DNA of 64,000 nucleotides, taken from contig NC_091476.1 in the NCBI RefSeq assembly GCF_036971445.1, positions 178,188,001 through 178,252,000 on the forward strand, in the 5' to 3' direction. The notes under the pieces are model-generated. The model was not told where the DNA came from, did not search any database, and saw nothing but the letters and a program-made list of their open reading frames with translations. Of this stretch, positions 1 to 12,973 are shown piece after piece. Numbering within the stretch: position 1 is the stretch's first letter; every line of letters begins with the position of its first letter. This DNA is from Narcine bancroftii (lineage: Eukaryota). A program made the position numbers and the translations under genes.

Positions 1-660
1 GGAAAAACAACCAACTGAAAAACCTCACAAAGAGAAGCGTATACAGAGCGGTTGTTATACCCACACTCCTGTTCGGCTCCGAATCATGGGTCCTCTACCG
101 GCATCACCTATGGCTCCTAGAACGCTTCCACCAGCGTTGTCTCCGCTCCATCCTCAACATTCATTGGAGCGCTTTCATCCCTAACGTCGAAGTACTCGAG
201 ATGGCAGAGGTCGACAGCATCGAGTCCACGCTGCTGAAGATCCAGCTGCGCTGGGTGGGTCACGTCGCCAGAATGGAGGACCATCGCCTTCCCAAGATCG
301 TGTTATATGGCGAGCTCTCCACTGGCCACCGTGACAGAGGTGCACCAAAGAAAAGGTACAAGGACTGCCTAAAGAAATCTCTTGGTGCCTGCCACATTGA
401 CCAGCGCCAGTGGGCTGATATCGCCTCAAACCGTGCATCTTGGCGCCTCACAGTTCGGCGGGCAGCAACCTCCTTTGAAGAAGACCGCAGAGCCCACCTC
501 ACTGACAAAAGGCAAAGGAGGAAAAACCCAACACCCAACCCTGCAACCGTGTCTGCCTGTCCCGCATCGGACTTGTCAGCCACAAACGAGCCTGCAGCTG
601 ACGTGGACATTTACCCCCTCCATAAATCTTCGTCCACGAAGCCAAGCCAAAGAAGAAAAA
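1..660 (+). mobile_element. RTE-clade LINE, 3' part (continues left of window)
   Basis: QLRWVGHVARMEDHRLPKIVLYGEL C-terminus of an RTE ORF; ends aagccaagccaaagaagaa; near-identical to 54380-55063 with a short deletion. Confidence 0.92.
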
Positions 661-1394
661 CACCTCTTCGCCACCTCCATCCCTCTTTTCCCCATTTTCA
701 TTTCTTTGTTTTCTCTTATTACACCTAATTTACGACAGCACATTTAAGACATAAAGTAACGCCACAGTTCCCACATCCACTAATACCTGAACCCCAAAAG
801 TTCCCTCCCCCTCTCTGAGTTGCCCCATACCCCTTTCTGGGCAACCATAACTCCCCTTTTCATTTGGATTGCAATCTTGTTCGCAGTGTCAACTGATTTT
901 GCAGTGATGGTTATTCTCCCTCTACCCGGCCCTCTCCAGAAAACACTTTATTTAACACATATAACAAAGCTCTCTCTCTCTCTCTCTCTTTTTTCCCCCC
1001 CCTTACTCCCTTTCCTTCTCTTCCTCTTTAGTTCTTTACATATACATTGTTTGTACATCTTTATATATACTTTATCGCCGTTCTTCATTCTTGTTACATC
1101 TCTTCATCTCTTCTCCTGTCCTACAAACGTTCTGCGAATTCTTGCGCTTTCTCTGGATCCGAGAACAGTCTGTTTTGCTCCCCGGGTATAAATATTTTAA
1201 GCACTGCTGGATTTCTTAATATGAATTTGTAACCTTTTTTCCATAAAGTTGATTTCGCTGTATTAAATTCCTTCCTCCTCTTTAAGAGTTCAAAACTTAT
1301 GTCTGGGTAAAAAAATATTTTTTGACCCTTGTGTTCCAATGGTTTATTATCTTCTCTAATTTTATTCCTTGCCCGTTCCAGTATATTTTCTCTT

Positions 1395-1845
1395 AACCAT
1401 ATAACCACTTACAGCACAGAACAGGCCAGTTTGGCCCTACTAGTCCATGCCGTAGCAAATCCCCACCCTCCTAGTCCCACTGACCAGCACCCGGTCCATA
1501 CCCCTCCAGTCCTCTCCTCTCCATGTAACTATCCAGTCTTTCCTTAAATGTAACCAATGATCCCGCCTCGACCACATCTGCCGGAAGCTCATTCCACATC
1601 CCCACCACCCTTTGCGTAAAGAAATTTCCCCTCATGTCTAATTTTCCCCCTTCAATCTTAAACCATGCCCTCTAGTTTGAATCTCCCCCACTCTTAATTG
1701 AAAAAGCCTATCCACATTTACTCTGTCCCTTTTAAAATCTTAAACACCTCTATCAAGTCCCCCCTCAATCTTCTACGCTCCAGAGAAAAAAGCCCTAGTC
1801 TGCACAACCTTTCCCTGTAACTCAAACCTTGAAATCCTGTCAACA
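1395..1845 (-). mobile_element. CR1 LINE 3' fragment inserted in L1 ORF1
   Basis: LGLFSLERRRLRGDLIEVFKIL; short tandem tail; flanking repeat TTCTCTT at 1388-1394 and 1846-1852; L1 ORF1 rejoins across it. Confidence 0.88.
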
Positions 1846-2680
1846 TTCTCTTGTCGTGTATCTCAAAAATTTTACTAAGATGGATCTTGGTTTTTGATGT
1901 GCCTGTGGTTTCGGAGCTAATGCTCTGTGTCCCCTTTCTATTTCCATTTCTTCCTGCATTTCTGTTCCCAGGACCTTCGGGATTCATCCTTTTATAAATT
2001 CCTTCATGTCTGTGCCTTCTTCACCCTCCTTCAGGCCCACTATTTTTATGTTGTTTCACCTACTATAATTTTCCAACATATCAATTTTTTGAGATAACAA
2101 CTCTGGTGTCTCTTTAATTTTTTGTCACTTTCTTCCAATTTATTTCTTAAGTCATTTAGTTCCATTTCCACAGCTGTTTCCTGCTCTTCCACATTCTCTA
2201 CTCTTTTCCCTATTTCTGTCATTACCAGTTCTAACCTTTGGATTTTATCTTCTGTTCTTTTCATTTTCCTTTTAATTGGATTAAACTCCAATGATGACCA
2301 ATCTTTTAGTGATCTCATTTGTTCTTCAAAAAAGACTTTATCTATATTCTGTTCATCAGTTTTACCTTTTATTTCTCTGTGAAGATCCTGGTCGTCTTCT
2401 TCCTCTTCTTCTGTGTCTGTATCTGTGTTTGTGTCTTCTTCTTTTCTTTGTGTCTGTGTCCCTTCTGTTTTTCCTGATGAGCTGCTTGTATCTCTTTGTC
2501 AGGCCTCTTCTTGCTGGGCCTCTTGTTGCTGGTCCTCCCCTCCTGTGCTGCTCATCTGTTGTTCCTTGCCCTCAAGTTGAGACCCCTGGTGTTGGGCGTC
2601 CCTCAGCTGCTCGCTCTGTGACAGCCCGCTCCTCTACTGAGCCCCCCCTCCCGCCGGTGTCCTCTTTCTCCTTTGATTTC

Positions 2681-4535
2681 TTCCTAAATATGTGAAGAGG
2701 AAGAAATTGGTTCGGTCCAAAATTGGTCCATTAAGAATGGAAAAGGGTGAAATTATTACCGGAAACAAGGAGATGGCTGAGGAATTTAACGAATACTTTG
2801 CAACTGTCTTCACCAAGGAGGATATAGGTTATGGTCAGTTAGGGGGTAATGGTCATGCAGTGTCAAGAGACTTGGGGAACTTTCCTGGGGAAGTAGGGGA
2901 TCTAATGGATATCCGGATCCAGAAACAGGAGGTTGTGAGTAAATTGTTGGGACTGAGGGCTGATAAATCCCCAGGGCCTGATGGGCTGCATCCCAGGGTG
3001 CTTAAAGAAGTTGCTATGGAAATTGTGGAAGCACTGGTCGACATTTTCCAAAGTTCCATAGATTCGGGGGAGGTCCCTGAGGATTGGAGAGTGGCTGATG
3101 TGGTGCCGATTTTTAAAAAGGGAGGGAGGGAGAAAACGGGAAATTATAGACCGGCCAGCCTGACGTCGGTGGTGGGGAAGATATTGGAATCTATCATAAA
3201 AGGAGTAATAGCAGAACACTTAGGCAGAAATAATAGTATAAGGGCTAGTCAGCATGGATTCCTTAAGGGTAAGTCATGCTTGACTAACCTTCTGGAATTT
3301 TTCGAGGATGTGACAAAGAGGGTGGACTTGGGAGAGCCTGTGGATGTGGTGTATTTGGACTTCCAGAAGGCCTTTGATAAGGTACCGCACGGGAGACTAG
3401 TGAGCAAGATCAGGGAGCATGGTGTTGGAGGTAAGGTGCTGACATGGATAGGAAATTGGTTAAGAAATAGGAAACAAAGGGTTGGGGTAAGCGGGTCTTT
3501 TTCAGGATGGCAGGATGTGACGAGTGGAGTGCCGAAGGGATCGGTATTGGGTCCTCAGTTGTTTGTAATGTATGTAAATGATTTGGATGAGGGGATTATT
3601 AATAATTTGAGCAAATTTGCAGATGACACGAAACTGGGTGGCAGTGTGGGGTGTGAGGAGGATGTCAGGAAAATGCAGAGAGACTTGGACAGGTTGGGGG
3701 AGTGGGCTGTTGAATGGAAGGTGACGTTCAATGTAAGCAAATGTGAGGTTATCCATTTTGGGGGAAATAATAGGAAAGCTGAGTATTATTTAAATGGAGA
3801 CAAGCTAGGGAGTGGGGAGGTGCAAATGGATCTGGGTGTACTTGTTCACCGGTCACTGAAGGCTAACATGCAGGTTCAGAAAACTGTGAAGAAGGCAAAT
3901 GGCATGTTGGCTTTCATAAAGAAGGGATTGTAGTATAGGAACAGAGACACCCTTTTGCAGTTGTACAGGGCCCTGGTGAGACCCCACCTGAAGTATTGCG
4001 TCCAGTTCTGGTCTCCAATTTTGAGGAAGGACATACTAGCTATAGAGGGTGTGCAGCGCAGATTTACAAGGTTAGTTCCAGGGATGGCGGGGTTGACATA
4101 TGCTGAAAGGCTAGAAAAACTGGACTTGTATCCGATGGAGTTTAGAAGGATGAGGGGGGACATGATTGAGGTATACAAAATCATCAGGGGGATAGACAGG
4201 GTGAAGTCGGATTACTTGTTCCCAATGATGGGGGAGACGAGGACTAGAGGGCATAGTTTAAGAATACAGGGTAGGCCCTTTAGGACGGAGATGAGAAAGC
4301 ATTTTTTTACCCAGAGAAGTGTGAATCTGTGGAATGCTCTGCCACAGAGGGTGGTAGAGGCAGATTCGCTGATTATGTTCAAAAGAGAGTTAGATAAGAC
4401 TCTAGTGGGCAAAGGAGTTAAGGGTTATGGGGATAAGGCTGGAAAGGGGTACTGATGGTAGTGATCAGCCATGATCTGTAAAATGGCGGTGCTGGCTTGA
4501 CGGGCCGAAGGGCCTACTCCAGCTCCTATTGTCTA
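2681..4535 (+). mobile_element. CR1 LINE, 5'-truncated, RT domain with a single nonsense codon
   Basis: ORFs 2692-3933 and 3934-4455 are in one frame, split by TAG; KSPGPDG, YLDFQKAFDKV and KFADD motifs; TSD TTGATTTC at 2673-2680 and 4536-4543; CTATTGT-type tail. Confidence 0.95.
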
Positions 4536-5375
4536 TTGATTTCACTGCGCCTGTGCAATTGCGCACTTTTCTTTGGCTCCGAAAGCCATTTTAGTAGTGC
4601 ACCGGCTGGTGGGTCGCCACTCTGCAGAGGCACTGACCTCCAGGGTTGGGCGCTCCTCGTCACCACAGCGTCCTGTTCCTTCATGCAGGTAAATCCTTCT
4701 TCTTTCTTCTCTGGTGACTTTTTCACTTCTTTTTTTCCAGTTGTTCTTCTACTTTCTTTCTCCTCTCTGTATCTTTATCTTCTATTACTTATATTCTATT
4801 TTTGTTATGCTTTGCTTTTTCTTAACTTTTTCCCTATTTTCCTGGAGAGGGCTGGTTTTCCCAACCAGCCACTACTCCATCACGTGACACCTCACAGTGT
4901 GCATGTTGAGGAGAAGTGGACTTGTATTTTCACCCATGTGTAACACAAACAAAAGATGCATAAATCCCATAGGCTCTACTGATGGCTCTCTGCATATCTG
5001 TGCTAAACTACTACTGTCATTCCTTTGAATATCCTCCTCTTCTTTTACTCCCTACATTCTATACATTCATAATTTTAACAGTCACCACAGTATCTTCTTC
5101 TCACCTTTTTATGCTTGGGACTCACTATTTGTCTTGATATAGCTTGTGATCTATGTTATTGCAATTTTCCCTGCACACTTAAACAAGATAAATCATACAA
5201 AATCAGTAGACCAGAAAGAAGCTGTGCTAGTCTTCATTGATTCTCTTCTGACAGTTACAGGGGAACTGTTCTAACAGTTGTTCAAGGGGAAAACTGTGTA
5301 GTTTCAGTCACCCAGTGCTCAGACTGATCCATGTTGTGTCTATAATCAGGGCTTCCTTGAATGTTTTTTTAATGA

Positions 5376-5624
<249 letters not shown>

Positions 5625-6213
5625 TAGGTAATAAAAAGGCAAAGCAGTACATAGCTTTCTTTCACATTGTCATCCAGTCCATGCATTCGTAGTATTTTTA
5701 AGTCGATACATTTATAGTGTCATTGAGCTCATACGTTCTGTGCACATGATCATTCATGTGACCTTTTTGAACAGGTCCCTCACTGTCCTGTGGCAGTAGG
5801 ACCTTGGTCTGCAAGCCTTCCTCACAAAGCCTTTAAATTGGCAGATTTGAGCTTTAGTGGATCCCTCAATAAGTACTCCTGCAAACTGGAATGTTCCAAT
5901 GGGCAGTATTAACGTCTCGTGTTGGAAGAGCCACAAGTTTGAGACAGACTGAAACGTGTCTTTCACAGAGCTGAAATCTTTCAGCAGCATCTGCTGTTTC
6001 TTGTGGTCCTTGGAGGAGCTTCTAGATCAGAATCCTCTTAACGTAGCTGCACTCCTTGCATCCTTCTCTTGATGTTCTTTGCAAATGCACAGTCCTCAAA
6101 GACTTGCATGATCCTCTCACCCTCACCACAGCTAGTTTGAGTGAAGTGAGCCTTGGGAGTGAGACTCTGCCCTTGCAGGAAGGATCTGCCTGAGCACATT
6201 CTGTGGATGGAGT

Positions 6214-6425
6214 GAAACACAAAAGCCTGCAGATGCTGTGAAAATTCTGCAGAAACGCAGAAAGCCTTGCAGCATCGGTAGAGGTAAAGATATATAACCA
6301 ATGTTTCAAGCCTGAGCCTTTCTTCAAGGTATGAGTTCTACCTTGAGGAAGAAGTCAGGCCTGAAATACCTCCAATGGACATTTCAAGACCCGCTGAGTT
6401 CCTTCAGCATTTTTGTGTTTTTACA
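6214..6425. repeat. Palindromic dispersed repeat, Penelope-end-like; relatives at about 23075-23290, 39415-39555, 56440-56580 and 59665-59825
   Basis: Shared motifs ctgcagatgctg, ctgagtt..tccagcattt and gggctcaggcccgaaac in inverted arrangement. Confidence 0.55.
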
Positions 6426-7099
6426 TTCTATTGATGGATTTATTTTCAGTGAGACTCCCTCCCAATAGATTTAATATTTACTCAGAGGATGTGAACAGTG
6501 TTGGAAAGGCAGACATTTATTGCCCATCCTTAATGGTTGAGAAGCGATGTGGCTTGCTGAACTGTTTCCAAATCAACCTGTTGCTTTGTTGATGGAGTTA
6601 ACATAGACCTGGATTGAATAATGAAAGATTTCATTCCACGGAAGACGTTGGAGACCCAGAAGGATTTTGTGGGGCATTCAATGACACCGTGACATTCAAT
6701 GCAGATACCAACTGTATAAAAATTCCAGGTTTATTTGACTAATGGAATATATGTTCCCCAACGGCGGTAGTCAGATTTGAACTTTGATCTTAATATTCAC
6801 TGGAATATGTCATTCATTTGGGTTAGGATTAGGATTTTCCTTGATCACTGGAAGATGTAATATTTCATGGTTCCACTTTCCCCATCTAATCTCTTTTCTT
6901 AAGCATCCCCTCCACCAGGAATGGCCAAACCACAGCTTGTGAGCCACAAGTGTCACTTTGACATGAATGTGCAGCTCACGGAAGTGTGCAGTGTTAGTGG
7001 GCGTGACTTGAAATTGTGTGATTGTGGCACACGTGGCTGTGTTGCAGGCAGTAGAATTAGCTGAGTGTAAATGTGATCCACACTGACTGCCCATCTGAC

Positions 7100-7310
7100 C
7101 TCCCGATGCCCGCCTGACTGAACTCCCGATGCCCACTCATCTGAGCTCCCGACACCCCGGCCTCCCACCCATCCTAGCTCCCGATGCCCCAGCCTCCCAC
7201 CCATTCAAGCTCCCAACGTCCCGGCTGCCTACCCATCCGAGTTCCCTACACCCCTAATGTAGATTTATCTCCCGGTCGCAGCCATCTGTCCACCCATTGG
7301 AGCTCCTGAA
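7100..7310. repeat. Degenerate ~31-bp minisatellite
   Basis: Repeated gctcccga(t/c)gccccggcctcccacccatc units. Confidence 0.7.
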
Positions 7311-7604
7311 ACCTCAAACGACTCAGGTACTTACCATGGTCAAAAGTTGTATGGTTGTAATAGCCGACCCCCTAAATTATACCCTAAAGATTGGTCTACA
7401 GAATTCAACTATTACATGCGGTATTTGTACATTTTGATAATTAAAACTAATACAAATTAGTTTAAAAACTACATACATGAATAAATATTTCTTGATATTA
7501 ATTTTTTGTAACAAATGTGCATATAAGAGTAAAAACGTGTATAATATTTTTTTCATGTCTTTCTGCTCTCAAACATCTGAAGTTTATTGTCTGTGCCTCT
7601 TATA

Positions 7605-7606
<2 letters not shown>

Positions 7607-7636
<30 letters not shown>

Positions 7637-8412
7637 TTTTATTTTTCACACCATAAATCACATTAGCCATGATATACACAATTTCTTTTTCACACATATA
7701 CAGTGACTTTTTCTCCCCCCCCCCTTTCCTCCCAAACCACCCCCCCACCCCCCCTCTCATCCATTTTAGGTATACAATCTAGGTTGCATTAATCCAGTCA
7801 GACAATGTTGTCATTCAACAAAATTACACCAGAAATTCTACTGAGTCCATTCTTTTCTTTCCTTCTCCTTCCATCAACTTAGGTAATGTTTGTCCCCGGT
7901 AGGTTTTCGCTATTGTATTTAATGTAAGGCTCCTATATGTTCGAATATTTCAATATTATTTCTTAACCAATATGTTATTTTTTCTAATGGAATACATTTA
8001 TTCATTTAAATTTGGTAGTTTATTCCTTTTAATTTGGTTATGTATTCCATTAATATTTAAAGACATATAGTTCAGCGTAGCCCTTTTATATTTTGTTTAT
8101 CTTCTCTTTCCGTTTTTCCATCATTACCTTTCCTCCTTTTCCATTTCTGTTTTCTTATTTTCAACTCTTTATAAGACAACATTCCTACAACATCCAACAT
8201 TTTCCTTATTCTCCTATTTCTATCTTATTTATTCCCAATCTCCCATTCACCTCCTGAGTTGTCCTTTATCCCTTGTCGGACAACCACATCTCCCCTCTCC
8301 ATTTGGATTTGCGAATCCACTCGCAAGCGTCAACTGATTTTGCAGTGACCGCTATTTCCCCCCACCCCGCCTCCCCCAGAAAAGATTTCACTTTTCATAT
8401 GTCACAAAGGTC
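7607..8412 (-). mobile_element. Internally deleted L1 derivative (ORF2 start fused to ORF2 end), poly(A)-tailed
   Basis: Poly-T from 7607; 17-bp TSD tctgtgcctcttatatt at 7590-7606 and 8413-8429; aligns to 44430-44830 and then to 47400-47640. Confidence 0.88.
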
Positions 8413-8461
8413 TCTGTGCCTCTTATATTAAGCAAGTTTGGCCACCCCTGTCCTACACTCT

Positions 8462-9700
8462 CTCTTTTTTTTTCTTCAGTCTTTTTATTCAACATTTTAG
8501 AAGTAAACAGTAGATGAGGAGAATAGAATCAATTAGTAAAAACAGAGCCATCAATATTATTGCAACGTACAGCATTATAACATATTGAACAATATTATCC
8601 CTTTCTCCTCAATTTGGAATATGCAAAAAAAGAGAAAAAAAAGTTGTTAGTAAAACCCCATCTAAGCTACCAAAATAAACAAAAAATAGCAACAACAAAA
8701 AAAAAGATGGGCAGCCTAAACTGAGAGTTCAATAAATCAATATAAACTGTTTATCTGGTCCTTGCCAATAAAAAAAAACAAGAAATCCAAAACAGTCTGG
8801 AAGGTAATGTCAAAATACAAATTAACTCATGCAAAAATAGTTTATAAAAAGAACTTAACAGAGGTATGAAAAGCGCAATTTCTATTTTTTTCTAAACTTA
8901 AACATGACATAACTTGAGAGAACCGTTGCATCAAAGAAGGTGAATTAGGATCTTTCCATTTCAATAAAATGACTCTTCTGGCCAACAGTGTCGTAAAGGC
9001 TACAACCCAATGTGCAGAGGTGGAACTCGACCCACCTCTGGAACTATAATTCCAAAAATAGCAGTCAATGGATTAGGTTGCAATCTAATACTCAGTTTCA
9101 TTGACAAAGTCTTGAAAATATCTGTCCAATACATTTTCAATACAGAGCAAGACCAAAACATATGCTTAAGGGTGGACACTTGTGATTTACATCTATCACA
9201 CATAGGACTAACATTAGGAAAGATACTGGCCAATTTATCTTTCAACTTATGAGCCCGATGTACCATTTCAAACTGAATCGGTGCATGTTGAACACATAAT
9301 GAAGAGGTATTAACCATTCCAAAAATATTCCAAAAAAGTCACTCTTGGAGAAGTGACTGAAGTTGCAATTCCCGAGCTCCTCCAATTTTATCATTAGAAA
9401 TCGATTGCAATTTTAATAAATGTTGTAAACATTACCTATTAAACCCTATGGGAAGGGTTCAAATGAAAAAGTATCAATCAAATCAGTTTGATATGATACA
9501 GGAAAGTTTGGTAATATCTTATTCAAAAAGCTCCTAATTTGGAAATATCTTAAAAAAAGATGTGACTTAGATATATTATATTTGTTAGATATATAAGACA
9601 TCAAACATCCATCTATAAACGTATCCAAAAAATAGACAATTCCTTTGCTTTTCCAAAAAGAAAAGGCTTGGTCCATTGTAGATGATGAGAAATAATAGTT
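8462..9700 (-). mobile_element. Older L1 of a different family, ORF2 3' end
   Basis: CDRCKSQVSTLKHMFWSC zinc-knuckle; FLRYFQIRSFL; T-rich tail near 8465. Confidence 0.85.
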
Positions 9701-10169
9701 GAGATTAACACCCTCTGCTCTTGAAGGGCCTCGCCTATTTTCAGTGCTGTATACCTACTACATTCTTCCTTCTGTTTCTGAATCAAACACTCAAACACCT
9801 TGACATCTATGGTTTCGTGGTCTTGTTGTTTTTGTTCTTCACTCAGTGGGAATATATTGGTACTGAATTCTCACTTGTCACATATAAATTAACCTGCAGG
9901 TACTTCTCCCAATCTAAATTTTCCATATCTCATTTGATGATGTCTACCAGTTCAGAGCCTTAATTTCTGGACCATGCTTAACTATTTCCATCGCTTCCTT
10001 GAAGCACACAGGTTTTTTTTCAGAGGATGTGAATTAAGGGTTCTGGAGAAAAGGAAAATAGAGCTGATTACAAGGCCAGATCAGGCTTGCTCCTTTTTTT
10101 AAAAATGATTTTATTGACAAATTTTAAACCACAGTAATAATTGCATTACATTCAATTCAAAAATTATTT

Positions 10170-10940
10170 CAAAAATTTATACTTGTGGCATTTTGGTCGA
10201 AGGAATAAAAGGGGAGACTATTATTTCGGTGGGAATAAAATTCAAAATTCAGACTGCAAAGGGACTTGGGAGTCCTTGTGCAGGATACCCTAAAGTTTAG
10301 CTTCTAGATGGAGTCGCTGGTGAGGGAGGTCAATGTAGTTTTGGCATTCAGTCTCGAGAAATTGGATACAAGAGCAGGGATGTGAAGTTGAGGCACCAGT
10401 CAGGCCTCACGAGGAGTACAGGGTATAGTTTTGGGCTGGCATTGGAGAGGGTTCAGAGATGATACACAAGAATGATTCCTGAAATGAAGTGATTCGCATA
10501 TGAGCAATGTTTGATGGCTCTTGGACTGTACTCCTTAGAGTTCAGAAGAATGAGGGGGGCGTCATGGAAGTAATTTGAATATTGAAAGGCCCGAAAGAGA
10601 TATGGAAAAGTTGTTTCCCATGGTAGGGGAACCTAGTGCAAGAGGGCACAAATTTAGGATTAAAGGGCATTGAGTTAAAACTGAGATGCAGAGGAATTTC
10701 TTTAGCCAGAGAGTGGTGAACCTCTGGAATTTGCTACCATGGGTGGCCATGGAGGCAAAGTCATTGGGTGTATTTAAGCCAGAGATTGATAGGTATCTGA
10801 ATCGTCAGGGTATTGAAGGTTATGCGGAGAAGGCAGGGGAGTGGGACTAGTGGGACAATGGATCAGCTCATGATGGAGTAGAGGAACAAACCCAATGAGC
10901 CAACTGAATGGCCTTCTTCAGCTCCAATATCTTATGGTCA
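10170..10940 (+). mobile_element. Degraded CR1 3' fragment
   Basis: Similar to 3780-4535 (ttcagaagaatgagggg, gtggtgaacctctggaat). Confidence 0.8.
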
Positions 10941-11486
10941 TATAACTCACAGCCATCATACCATTGTACAGTCAGTGTTTGGTGAAAAGAAGAATACATT
11001 TAAAGAATAGATGAAGCAGAAACCATAGCAACATCCTCTAATTAAAACAAGGTAATTTCCCCAGAAAATTGCAGTGATTGGAGGATAGTTGAATCTGAAT
11101 TATATACATAAAAATTCTGTCACTTGAAGCAGTGAAGTCATCAAACTTGAATGACAAAGATTTGCCCAATCACCTCCATTCAGACAGTCTATTAATTATT
11201 CCTGTGGTCAGAGCAGAGTAAAGTTGGGAAGTTAATGAATAAAGGTGTCAAAATATTGATATGTATTGTTGAACAATTTTTGCATGAGATGAAATTGTTA
11301 CCAAAGGCCATACATAAAGGACAAAAAAAAGAGTGATGTATTTGCACAGCTGATGGGTTCTCTGCCAGGGAATGTAGTGGAAGCAAATTCACTAATAGCT
11401 TTCAAATGAGTTGAAGTTAAATACTTCCTATGGAAAAAAATACAGGGCTGTCCACAAAGGATGCGAGAATGATACAAGTTGGTGTG

Positions 11487-11656
11487 CTCCTCAACATCTC
11501 TGATGGTTGCCCATCACCTAGGCTGTCATCAGCTAGTAATTGGGCAATACAAGTCTCCTTAGATGGCTGAGTACGCCACAGAATAGCCGTCTTAAGCCTG
11601 TCACATGGGAGATTATCATTTGGATTCACTAAGACATTCTCCACTTCACAGGCAAT
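11487..11656 (-). repeat. 170-bp near-identical copy of Gypsy gag segment 13731-13900
   Basis: Direct comparison gives 2 mismatches in 170 bp. Confidence 0.92.
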
Positions 11657-12056
11657 AACTTAGCAGCTGGGAAAATGGGCCAAATGGCCTCTTTCAATCA
11701 GTGTTTTGTTTCTCTGGAGGTATTTCTTTCTTGGCCTTTATTTCTGAGCATGTGTCTATCTTTCCTGAGTCAAGCTGTGAAATTGAAAGGCATTTTCCAA
11801 CATGGTTGCCTGTGACCTTTATACAAACATAAGTCATTCATGTGAATTGTGCTTTGATTGGACACTTCAAAGCATTTCCATTTACAGTGCTAAATGGGCT
11901 GCCTTGCACAAGCAAGAGCTGTCTGTAAAACTCCAGATTTGATTTTAAATTGAAGGGTTAAATTTTAAAAGTTGCAGAAATAATTTGGAACAATTTTAAT
12001 CTCTTGAAGATAACATATCATTTGTGAATGCAGTTTTTTATGATTGTCCCACCCCT

Positions 12057-12692
12057 TGTACGAAGAGTGTTAGAAATAGAAGTACCTTAACGGAAATTGC
12101 TCGAGACAAAAATTGAGAACAAAGAACATTTATTATAACAACAATGCAAAGTTGGGTGCTTCCCCTTACCCTGGGAGTACACACATACACTTGGGCTCAC
12201 CCAACTTTTATACAGTGAATTTCAGTATCAGAATACCCTCCCCCTTACATTCTTCTGCCTCCTGGATGGGTTTGGGATTAGGCAATCCTTCCTGCCTACG
12301 TGCAGTTTCTGTGAACTTGGAGGACCAGGGGTATCGGTGTCTCATCATCATGTCATTATCCTCATTGTCCTTATTCACAACCTTGCCCTTGTCCCCATTC
12401 ACACCTTAGGCTTACTAATTATATATGTTGAACTTGGTACTTCTGTCTAGGGCTAGGAGACCCTTATCTCAACCAGACTACCTCTACTTCCTACATTCTA
12501 TTATTCCTTGCCTCTCTTTATCTTATTCATATGGTGGGCTAAAAGGTTCTTATCTTACATAGGCTGACTCTGCTTCCTGCATCCTAATTTCCATGCTTAG
12601 CCTGTTCATACTGGTTGAATCCATCACTCCATGTGTCTGTACTAGTTTCCCCATCTTTCATATTTTCATGTCAAGTTTACTCATCTCTCACA
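12057..12692 (-). mobile_element. Possible solo LTR
   Basis: TG...CA ends; on the minus strand TATAAAA (~12206) precedes AATAAA (~12130); no matching TSD found. Confidence 0.35.
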
Positions 12693-12825
12693 AGAGGAAT
12701 AGCATTAAGGGTGGGGAAGGATGCCTTCAGGATGCACAAATTGCAAAGTAGTAAACAGTTAAAATAAAACTCCCTTTCAGAGTTTTTAAACCCTCCCCAA
12801 AAGACATGCATACTTGTGCAAAGAC

Positions 12826-12832
12826 ACCCACC

Positions 12833-12910
<78 letters not shown>
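12826..12910. repeat. (CACC)n followed by (CA)n microsatellite
   Basis: Directly visible. Confidence 0.98.
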
Positions 12911-12913
<3 letters not shown>

Positions 12914-12973
12914 GCATTGGCAAACATTTGGCCCACATGGATGCATCACCACCTGCTGTTAATGCTGCCTTTA

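Larger units (their letters stand above)
661..4893 (-). mobile_element. L1 LINE (5' UTR, ORF1, spacer), interrupted by two CR1 insertions and abutted by the RTE
   Basis: ORF1 pieces at 1121-1394 and 1853-2680 (KIFFYPDISFELLKRRKEF); 5' end gtcacgtgatggagtagtggc shared with the copies at 18.9 kb and 42.9 kb. Confidence 0.9.
6916..8450. mobile_element. Non-autonomous hAT-type DNA transposon hosting nested insertions
   Basis: TIRs caggaatggccaaac / gtttggccacccctg; degenerate 8-bp TSD ccctccac / tcctacac. Confidence 0.65.

Noticed and set aside
7100-7310. CRISPR-like periodic repeat
   Set aside because: Degenerate tandem units without unique spacers, no cas genes, eukaryotic intron context.
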